41,058 nt of DNA from a virus: the IMG/VR virus record IMGVR_UViG_3300045988_101518, positions 1 to 41,058 of that record; one strand, 5' to 3'. Positions within the stretch are counted from its first letter, which is position 1. Every line of letters begins with the position of its first letter. A program made the position numbers and the translations under genes. Positions 8,599 through 14,474 of the stretch are shown in pieces. Below the pieces are notes generated by a model. It saw nothing but the letters and a program-made list of their open reading frames with translations. It made no database searches and was not told the DNA's origin.

Positions 8599-8820
8599 CT
8601 CTCCTTTCTGTGCGCATTTTATGAATTTGCGATAAATAACAAATTTATATTGATTTTTTTTGCGATTTATAGTAAAATAAAGTCACCACAACAATAGATA
8701 CAAACGCATTTTCTTTATATTTGCCATTTATCGCAACTTCTAATTTCATTATACGCGTTTTATGGCAAATGTCAAGCTTAATTTGCGCTTTTTCGCAACT
8801 TTTTTTTGAAAGGCGGCCAT
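8599..8820. promoter_or_regulatory. Immunity switch region with operator-like repeats and promoters in both directions
   Basis: TTGCGATAAAT at 8627-8637 and its exact inverse at 8726-8736. Variant TTGCGATTTAT at 8660-8670. Palindrome TTGCG-N6-CGCAA at 8783-8798. Plus-strand candidate promoter TTGATT (8651-8656), 17 nt, TAAAAT (8674-8679). Minus-strand candidate promoter TTGTTG (8689-8694), 17 nt, TATAAA (8666-8671). Confidence 0.6.
8748..8775 (-). promoter_or_regulatory. Near-consensus SigA promoter pointing toward the cro-like gene
   Basis: On the minus strand: TTGACA (8775-8770), 16-nt spacer, TATAAT (8753-8748). Confidence 0.55.
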
Positions 8821-9249
8821 ATGAACGTAAAAGAAAGAATTCAATTTCTATGTAAAAAGAACGGAATTACCAGCAAGTCATTAGAAGAACAACTTGGTTT
8901 TGGTAAAGGATACATCAGCAAAATAAACAAAACTGCCCCCAATTTATCAAAAATAAAACCAATTGCCGATTATTTTGGTGTTACTGTTGACTATTTAATG
9001 ACAGGTGAAGAGAGGGAAATCTCGACAACTAAAGCTGAATTAACCGCAAAAGATGAACGTGAAATAGGGAGGGATTTAGACCGAATAATGAAGGAAATAC
9101 GAAATGGAGAAGACGGGCCACTGTTTTACAATGGTATCGAAATGGACGAAAAGTCTCTAATTCTTTTGGAAAATGCCATAGAGTATGCCTTAAGGGAATC
9201 AAAGAAGGAGAATAAAGTCAAATATAACCCGTACAAGAACAAAAAGTAG
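8821..9249 (+). CDS. cI/ImmR-like XRE-family repressor
   Basis: HTH ITSKSLEEQLGFGKGYISKINKTAPNLSKIKPIADYFGVTVDYLMTGEE. ATG 8821 follows GAAAGGCGG. Followed by an ImmA-type peptidase gene. Confidence 0.8.
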   Translation: MNVKERIQFLCKKNGITSKSLEEQLGFGKGYISKINKTAPNLSKIKPIADYFGVTVDYLMTGEEREISTTKAELTAKDEREIGRDLDRIMKEIRNGEDGPLFYNGIEMDEKSLILLENAIEYALRESKKENKVKYNPYKNKK

Positions 9250-9259
9250 GTGATTTTAA

Positions 9260-9700
9260 TTGGCATATAACAATGATATTAAAAAAGTTGTCGCTTATTA
9301 TATCCGCTTGTGCGGAACAAATGACCCTTGGAAAATGGCAAAAATGCTGGGCATACGTATTGCAGTCCTTCCAATGGGGAATGTTTTGGGGAATTACCGA
9401 TATCTGAAACGTATCCGATGGATTTTTATTAATGAAGATATCTTAGACAATGAGGTGCTGCTAAGGGTCGTAATGGCTCATGAGCTGGGACACGCTTTAT
9501 TACATTGTAAAGAAAACTGTTGCTTTATGGCTCATCACACGCTACTGCTTACATCACGCGTAGAGCGCCAGGCCAATGAGTTTGCGGCTTATCTCTTGAT
9601 AGCCGATGATATGCTACAAGAATATGCTGGATATACCCGTGAGCAATTTTGTCAGTGTACTGGATATCCAGAGGAACTTATTGAGTTGCGTCTGAAATAG
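9260..9700 (+). CDS. immA: ImmA/IrrE-family (M78) metallopeptidase, anti-repressor protease
   Basis: HEXXH motif MAHELGHALLH. About 146 aa, immediately downstream of the repressor. TTG start 9260 follows TAGGTGA. Confidence 0.8.
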   Translation: MAYNNDIKKVVAYYIRLCGTNDPWKMAKMLGIRIAVLPMGNVLGNYRYLKRIRWIFINEDILDNEVLLRVVMAHELGHALLHCKENCCFMAHHTLLLTSRVERQANEFAAYLLIADDMLQEYAGYTREQFCQCTGYPEELIELRLK

Positions 9701-9749
9701 GTTTAATAACTACAACTTTTAGAAGTATTATAAAAAGGGGGAAAAATAT

Positions 9750-10802
9750 ATGGAACACTTAAGATGTCCTAAATGTGGTATGGAAACTGATAAACCAGTG
9801 TGTCCATTATGCGGAGAGGAAATTATACACCATACTCATAACAAAAATGTTTTAATAAGTAAATTCTTGCCTTTGCCAACTAAAATCGTTATAGCTTTAT
9901 GGATTTTAGACAGCTTTTATATGTTGTTTTCTGAAAATCACACTTTCGGTCAATGGCTTATTGTAATGATATTCGGAATCCTTATTTATGGTGCTATTAC
10001 CAATGCAGTATACTATTTCTGGTGGAAACCCAGAAAAGCCCAAAAGTCAAAACATTCAAAGACGAACGAAAATAAAACTTTCTATTCAGAAATAAACTCT
10101 GCAAAAGAGTGTCGCCAAAAATCATTTGATGCTATGGAAGGCCATGAATTTGAATATTTTTGTGCAGATATTTTAAAAAAGAACGAATATGAAGACGTAG
10201 AAGTAACCAAAGGAAGTGGAGACCAAGGAATTGATATTATCGCTTATAAAGAGGGAATAAAATACGGCATACAGTGCAAATGCTACTCATCTGATATCGG
10301 AAATAAAGCTGTACAAGAAGCTTTTTCGGGTAAGACATTTTATGGGTGTCATGTTGCCGTCGTATTAACTAATAGGTATTTTACCAAATCTGCCAGGGAA
10401 CTTGCAGAGAAAAATGGAGTGCTTTTATGGGATAGAGATAAATTAGTTCAATTAGTTAAAAATACTACGATTGTTAATGAAACTGAATCTGACACGGAAA
10501 ATCCTACCTATGAAGGTTATGAAAATACGTTTAGGCATATATTTAAGTCGAATGTTGACAATATTTCCATTAAACGTCTTTTACCCAAAATAAAGGAATG
10601 GAAAATAGACACATTACTAATAGTGACAAGTAGCCAATGTCCAGTTTGTCAAAAATACAATAGAAAGATTTATTCATTTTATGGATGGAATAAAAAATAT
10701 CCTAAATTACCACCAATGCTTTATAACCATAAATGCCCAACTTGTGGTTGTAGTATTGGCGCAAGTATATTTTTTCCTGGAATAAATACAAATCCCAAAT
10801 AA
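9750..10802 (+). CDS. Membrane protein: N-terminal Zn ribbon, 2 TM helices, Mrr_cat restriction-endonuclease domain, C-terminal Cys4 Zn ribbon
   Basis: CPKCG...CPLCG (res 6-21). Hydrophobic helices at about res 41-59 and 67-92. Mrr-type core GHEFEYFCADILKK...GSGDQGIDIIAYKEGIKYGIQCKCY...AVVLTNRYFTKSARELAEKNGVLLWDRDKL (res about 126-236). CPVC...CPTCGC at res 297-334. Confidence 0.8.
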   Translation: MEHLRCPKCGMETDKPVCPLCGEEIIHHTHNKNVLISKFLPLPTKIVIALWILDSFYMLFSENHTFGQWLIVMIFGILIYGAITNAVYYFWWKPRKAQKSKHSKTNENKTFYSEINSAKECRQKSFDAMEGHEFEYFCADILKKNEYEDVEVTKGSGDQGIDIIAYKEGIKYGIQCKCYSSDIGNKAVQEAFSGKTFYGCHVAVVLTNRYFTKSARELAEKNGVLLWDRDKLVQLVKNTTIVNETESDTENPTYEGYENTFRHIFKSNVDNISIKRLLPKIKEWKIDTLLIVTSSQCPVCQKYNRKIYSFYGWNKKYPKLPPMLYNHKCPTCGCSIGASIFFPGINTNPK

Positions 10803-10910
10803 TAAAACAGGCCACTGTAATCAGGGGCCTCACAAAATAATATATTCACCCAGGCAACTGGGAGGGCAGCTTCCACTCGTTCCGGAGGTCTTACGGAAGG
10901 GGTGGTAATT

Positions 10911-10994
10911 ATGAGTACATATGAAGAATTTATGGTTATCATTGCAACAGCAGGATTAATCATATCCATCCTGAATATGAAAAATAAAAAGTAG
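10911..10994 (+). CDS. 27-aa hydrophobic peptide, Hol-Tox-like type I toxin candidate
   Basis: MSTYEEFMVIIATAGLIISILNMKNKK: a single TM helix with a lysine-rich C-terminus. SD GGAAGGGGTGG at 10895-10905. Below the ORF-track length cutoff. Confidence 0.6.
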   Translation: MSTYEEFMVIIATAGLIISILNMKNKK

Positions 10995-11093
10995 CCGCCC
11001 TGTCTCTGGTCAAGATTGGCGACTACTTTTGTAACTGAATTATAAATCTTCCCGGAGCGGATGGGGTGCAGCCATCTCTCCAGTTGTCTTGTT
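10979..11093 (-). ncRNA. Candidate antisense antitoxin sRNA (about 115 nt) convergent with the toxin peptide gene
   Basis: Consensus promoter just upstream (11100-11128). Terminator hairpin arms AGTAGTCGCC/GGCGGCTACT (11027-11018 and 10999-10990, one G-U pair) are followed by TTTTTATTTTT. It overlaps the last 5 codons and the 3' UTR of the peptide gene. It contains CACCCCATCCG (complement of 11058-11068), which pairs 10/11 with the toxin SD region CGGAAGGGGTG (10894-10904). Confidence 0.55.
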
Positions 11094-11099
11094 AAGTAT

Positions 11100-11128
11100 A
11101 TTATAGTCAATATCTTAATTTTTGTCAA
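11100..11128 (-). promoter_or_regulatory. Perfect-consensus SigA promoter driving the antisense sRNA
   Basis: On the minus strand: TTGACA (11128-11123), 17-nt spacer, TATAAT (11105-11100). Confidence 0.7.
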
Positions 11129-11279
11129 ACATAAAAAACCGCCCCAGTGCTACCAACACTAGGACGGCTCATATCTCCGAAGAGACGTACATATGAACAT
11201 TTATATTGTATCATCTTCGGTGACAGGTGGCAAGAGACCATCTGTCTTTTTTGCACCCATTTTTAAGGAGGATGATATC

Positions 11280-12380
11280 ATGGCAAAAGCAAAATATACC
11301 AAGCAGAAAAACGGATACTTCCAGACACGCGTCTGGGACGGTGGTTACAATGATGACGGCACAAAGCACTACGTGACCTTGCGCAGTAAAAAGAGCAGTA
11401 AGGACCTGGAGAACAAAGTAAACCAGTTCAACCAGGACGTGGAGATGCGTAAACACCTGCGTATATCAGACGTAGCCTTTTACGATTATGCAAAGGCGTG
11501 GATGGATGTCTACAAGGCCGGGAAGGAGACCAATACTCAGGCAATGTACAAAAATATCATAGATAAACATTTTGTGATCTTGAAGGGCGTCAAGCTGCAA
11601 GACATAGGCCGAGTGCATTATCAGATGCTAATGACCAGCACCAGCGATAAAAAGCGTACTCAGCAGCAGATCCAGATCACATTTAAGCAGGTCCTGCGTT
11701 CCGCCGTCTCCGATCGGCTCTTCCCGGCCAACGTATTTGAGGATATCTGTAATAATATGGACGTGATAAAGTATCGCCCAACCGAAAAGCGACCGCTGAT
11801 GGATTATGAACAAAAAGCTCTGTTTAAAGCAGAGTTATCCACACAGGATAAAGTATTTGTGTATATCTTATTTGGATGCGGACTACGACGTGGAGAAGCT
11901 CTGGCTTTGACCAAGTTTGATGTAGATCTGAAAAGACATCTTCTGACAGTAAATAAGGCTCATAAGTTCGTGGATGACAAACCCCAACCAAAAGGGCCGA
12001 AGACGGACAATGGTAATCGTACTGTCCCTATACCGTCTATGATCTTTCCGGTGATTGAGAACTATGTCAAATCCCTTAGGCGCACTCAGCTTTTCGTAAT
12101 GAGAAACGGAGAGCCGATGACGAAAAGTAGCTATGACAAGATGTGGGCCAGGATCATTAAGAACATGCAAGCGGCATCAGAAGAGCAGATAACCGGTCTG
12201 ACGGCCCATGTGTTTAGGCATAACTATTGTACCAACCTATGTTACCAAATACCAAAGGTCAGTATTAAAAAAATTGCGGAATTACTGGGTGATACAGAGC
12301 GAATGGTAATAGAAGTGTACAATCATATTGTCTTGGATAAAGAGGACGCTGCAGGAGCCGTAGAAGACGCATTTATGTGA
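11280..12380 (+). CDS. int: Tyrosine-type site-specific integrase
   Basis: Catalytic signature GLRRGEALAL ... HVFRHNYCT ... EVYNH. ATG 11280 follows TAAGGAGG. 366 aa. Adjacent to the attP-like region. Confidence 0.9.
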   Translation: MAKAKYTKQKNGYFQTRVWDGGYNDDGTKHYVTLRSKKSSKDLENKVNQFNQDVEMRKHLRISDVAFYDYAKAWMDVYKAGKETNTQAMYKNIIDKHFVILKGVKLQDIGRVHYQMLMTSTSDKKRTQQQIQITFKQVLRSAVSDRLFPANVFEDICNNMDVIKYRPTEKRPLMDYEQKALFKAELSTQDKVFVYILFGCGLRRGEALALTKFDVDLKRHLLTVNKAHKFVDDKPQPKGPKTDNGNRTVPIPSMIFPVIENYVKSLRRTQLFVMRNGEPMTKSSYDKMWARIIKNMQAASEEQITGLTAHVFRHNYCTNLCYQIPKVSIKKIAELLGDTERMVIEVYNHIVLDKEDAAGAVEDAFM

Positions 12381-12643
12381 TACGAAAATGATACATTACC
12401 TCTTCCATGACACCAAAATGATACATTTAAATGCCATTTATGGACAGTCATAGAAAGGCAATTATAGGCAACAAAAAATGGCTCAAACCCTTATAAATAC
12501 TAGGTTTAAGCCATCTTTAAAATAGTGAAGCATCGGGGATTCGAACCCCGGACAACTTGATTAAAAGTCATGTTACCTAACTGCCACGGAACCGCATAAA
12601 TGCTGGGTTTGTAAGAATCTCGTGATACGAAATTGATACATTA
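12377..12643. mobile_element. attP region: arm-type repeats flanking a tRNA-derived core
   Basis: 22-nt direct repeat GTGATACGAAAATGATACATTA (12377-12398) and GTGATACGAAATTGATACATTA (12622-12643). Extra copy AAAATGATACATT at 12415-12427. Imperfect inverted repeat ATGGCTCAAACC/GGTTTAAGCCAT (12478-12489 and 12503-12514). Core at 12526-12572. Confidence 0.6.
12526..12572 (-). other. 3' half of a tRNA-Lys(UUU) (probable attP core; not a complete tRNA gene)
   Basis: The minus strand reads TGACTTTTAATCAAG (anticodon loop CTTTTAA), TTGTC (variable region), CGGGG-TTCGAAT-CCCCG (T arm) and ATGCTTC-A (acceptor 3' strand plus discriminator). No matching 5' acceptor strand or D arm upstream. Confidence 0.6.
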
Positions 12644-12691
12644 GGTATTTTATAGTATTTTGCGATATCTGTCAATGGTGATTTTATACAG

Positions 12692-12720
12692 TTGACAAAC
12701 AGAATATATGTTCGTATAAT
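12692..12720 (+). promoter_or_regulatory. Perfect-consensus SigA promoter
   Basis: TTGACA (12692-12697), 17-nt spacer, TATAAT (12715-12720). Confidence 0.7.
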
Positions 12721-12771
12721 TAAGCATATGGCAAACAAATGTTCTGTTTTTTTTGAAAGAAGGTGGCACGA

Positions 12772-12957
12772 ATGAAGAATAATCTTGTATATGAAAATCA
12801 CGATGCCTACTTATTATATAATGCGGCATTGGAGAAGAACCCTGAGTTACCCGCACACGGCAGCATATCCGTACAGTATGCCCTGTACCTATATTACAAG
12901 GCATATCCCGAGGAACGTCCCATAGGATATAGATACAAACGACATATGTTGGCGTAA
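12772..12957 (+). CDS. Hypothetical 61-aa protein (att-proximal moron)
   Basis: ATG 12772 lies 5 nt after GAAAGAAGGTGG. Driven by the consensus promoter at 12692 and followed by the terminator at 13055. Confidence 0.55.
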   Translation: MKNNLVYENHDAYLLYNAALEKNPELPAHGSISVQYALYLYYKAYPEERPIGYRYKRHMLA

Positions 12958-13054
12958 TGTCGAAAACTGTCCACGATTATCTATTGCTCTAATCCCAATT
13001 ATGTTGTATCATTATATTTGCAACCAGAGGTATGAATATTCTTTTTCGTCGCAG

Positions 13055-13088
13055 AACGGCTGACACTGTAATGGTGTCGGCCGTTTTG
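13055..13088 (+). terminator. Rho-independent terminator
   Basis: AACGGCTGACAC (13055-13066), 7-nt loop, GTGTCGGCCGTT (13074-13085) with one mismatch, running into TTTTG. Confidence 0.6.
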
Positions 13089-13091
13089 TAC

Positions 13092-13120
13092 TTGACATCA
13101 GAGCTTCCAAGCGTTATTAT
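13092..13120 (+). promoter_or_regulatory. Near-consensus SigA promoter of the orphan sRNA
   Basis: TTGACA (13092-13097), 17-nt spacer, TATTAT (13115-13120). Confidence 0.6.
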
Positions 13121-13126
13121 TGAAAA

Positions 13127-13197
13127 AACTGGTAATACTTCCACCATTTCCTTCTTTATCTGAGAGGCTATACTTTATGTATAGTCTCTTTATTTAT
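13127..13197 (+). ncRNA. Candidate about 70-nt sRNA (promoter-to-terminator unit with no ORF)
   Basis: Starts about 7 nt after the -10 box. CU-rich single-stranded stretch ACTTCCACCATTTCCTTCTTT (13137-13157). Terminator hairpin AGAGGCTATAC/GTATAGTCTCT (13163-13173 and 13179-13189, one G-U pair) followed by TTATTTAT. Confidence 0.45.
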
Positions 13198-13271
13198 GGC
13201 CGCTAAAAAGGCCCCGGCGGGAGACTCGGAGCCTTACAGCGTTTTACAGTTGCCCTCTGTGTGGTTAACAG

Positions 13272-13331
13272 TTACTTTAGTGCTCCGAAACTATCGGTAT
13301 AACACATCTTGCCAGACTTGTCCACGTATGA
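13272..13331 (-). pseudogene. Relic of a second endolysin 3' end
   Basis: The minus strand reads SYVDKSGKMCYTDSFGALK-stop, paralogous to the true endolysin C-terminus YYVDKSGKMCYTDSSGALR-stop at 13420-13479. There is no upstream coding continuity. Confidence 0.55.
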
Positions 13332-13355
13332 GGACAGCTCAAAATTGAGCTGTCC
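13332..13355. repeat. Perfect 10-bp inverted repeat (hairpin) downstream of the endolysin
   Basis: GGACAGCTCA-AAAT-TGAGCTGTCC. No U tract on either side. Confidence 0.7.
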
Positions 13356-13419
13356 AAATTCATCTGAACATTTTTGTAGTAATAAAATAGGACGCAGCTT
13401 TATGCCACGCCCTTTCTTG

Positions 13420-14436
13420 TCATCTAAGCGCTCCAGAGCTATCCGTATAGCACATCTTACCAGACTTGTCCACGTAGTAGACCTTGCCACCGGTACGCAC
13501 CAGCTCATCTGCCGCCATTGCTCCAGATGATTTCAGATAATACCACTTTTTATTATCCTGTATCCATCCGGTCATCATCCAGCCGTCTGCGTCAAAATAG
13601 TACCAGGCACCTCCGATCTGCTTCCAGGCACTCTTCGGGTACTTATATCCGGCGGTAATGTACCACCACTTCCCGGCCTCGCAGATCCAGCCATCTACAT
13701 AGTCACCTGACACCCAGCCATCCGCGTAGTGGAACCAGCATGTACTTCCTACCCAGCGGCGCTTATCGCATCCGATGCGGTCACCTTTATTCAGCTGGCC
13801 AACAATTTGGCCACCCGGCTCTCTCCTGACATTGAGGTTATTACCTGTGATTGTAAGGCCATTCGCACCCATGCTGATCGGAATATCTGCCGCAGTGGAT
13901 GTGCCAGAGGAGGCTTGTCCAGCTACGATACTCCAATCAAGCCTTGCAAACTTAGTCCCCGGCAGATTACTGTTATAGTACCCCTTGCTGCATACCCCGC
14001 CGCCATTGGCGATAATCGTACTGCCACCGCTGGTATTGCCCTCAATGGTGGTAAAATAGTCCCCTGACACCGATGTGACAATGCCTGTATGAGTAAATAC
14101 ACCGCCACGCTTAAACATCACGATATCACCAACTTGAGGGTTGGCGTAGTTGGTAAAATTCCCGGCCAGCGTGGGTACATATACATAGGGCCAATGTTTC
14201 AGCAGCTTTTTAGCTGCGGCCTGTCCAAATGCCTGCATCAGTACCCAACTCACAAATGCAGCACACCACGGCTGTCCCTGGTAAGATGGCATAATGTCAC
14301 GCCAGTATTTTGTGTAGTTGTTATCCCCGGCGTTTGCGGTCTTACTGTCTAGATTACTGTTGCTGCGCTTTTCCAGGTAACCAACCTCTGTCTTTGCAAT
14401 CTGAATCATCTTATTGATTGCTTCTGTCTTCGTCAT
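13420..14436 (-). CDS. Endolysin: CHAP amidase/peptidase, SH3b-like domain, CW_binding_1-type cell-wall-binding repeats
   Basis: CHAP Cys/His context QPWCAAFVSW ... GGVFTHTGIV. SH3-like segment NLNVRREPGGQIVGQLNKGDRI. Aromatic repeats GKWWYI / GGAWYYFDADGWMMTGW / KKWYYLKSSGAM / GKVYYVDKSGKM. Last gene of the late operon, next to the holin. Confidence 0.85.
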   Translation of the reverse strand: MTKTEAINKMIQIAKTEVGYLEKRSNSNLDSKTANAGDNNYTKYWRDIMPSYQGQPWCAAFVSWVLMQAFGQAAAKKLLKHWPYVYVPTLAGNFTNYANPQVGDIVMFKRGGVFTHTGIVTSVSGDYFTTIEGNTSGGSTIIANGGGVCSKGYYNSNLPGTKFARLDWSIVAGQASSGTSTAADIPISMGANGLTITGNNLNVRREPGGQIVGQLNKGDRIGCDKRRWVGSTCWFHYADGWVSGDYVDGWICEAGKWWYITAGYKYPKSAWKQIGGAWYYFDADGWMMTGWIQDNKKWYYLKSSGAMAADELVRTGGKVYYVDKSGKMCYTDSSGALR

Positions 14437-14443
14437 GTGTTAC

Positions 14444-14468
14444 TCCTTTCCCCGGTCATTTGCGCCGG
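14444..14468. repeat. 25-bp direct repeat, copy 1 (RBS region of the endolysin)
   Basis: tcctttccccggtcatttgcgccgg is identical to 14770-14794. Confidence 0.9.
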
Positions 14469-14474
14469 TATAAA

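Noticed and set aside
10809-10830. Hairpin AGGCC-12 nt-GGCCT after the Mrr-like gene as a terminator
   Set aside because: It has only a 5-bp stem and no U tract. That is not enough to call a terminator, so read-through into the toxin leader cannot be excluded.
10721-11128. 135-aa minus-strand ORF from the track covering the gap between the nuclease gene and int
   Set aside because: It has no SD. Its start lies inside a consensus promoter (11100-11128) and it runs through two terminator hairpins and the antisense of the Hol-Tox-like peptide gene. The region is better explained as a type I TA locus.
12526-12600. Possible complete tRNA gene on the minus strand
   Set aside because: Only the anticodon loop, variable region, T arm and 3' acceptor strand are present. 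The sequence where the 5' acceptor should be (TATGCGG) is not complementary to ATGCTTC, and no D arm can be drawn. Interpreted as an attP core, not a gene.
12577-12904. 74-aa and 84-aa minus-strand ORFs across the attP arm and the moron promoter
   Set aside because: This is an AT-rich non-coding region. The ORFs lack SDs and are antisense to a promoter/SD/ORF unit with much stronger signals.
13032-13184. 50-codon plus-strand ORF (MNILFRRRTADTVMVSAVLYLTSELPSVIIEKTGNTSTISFFI)
   Set aside because: GAGG is only 1 nt from the ATG. The frame also runs straight through a terminator hairpin, a consensus promoter and into a second terminator. Non-coding regulatory elements explain the region better.
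13272-13508. 78-aa minus-strand ORF downstream of and overlapping the endolysin
   Set aside because: Most of it overlaps the endolysin 3' end in another frame. Only its last 19 or so codons resemble anything (the endolysin C-terminus). Treated as a relic.
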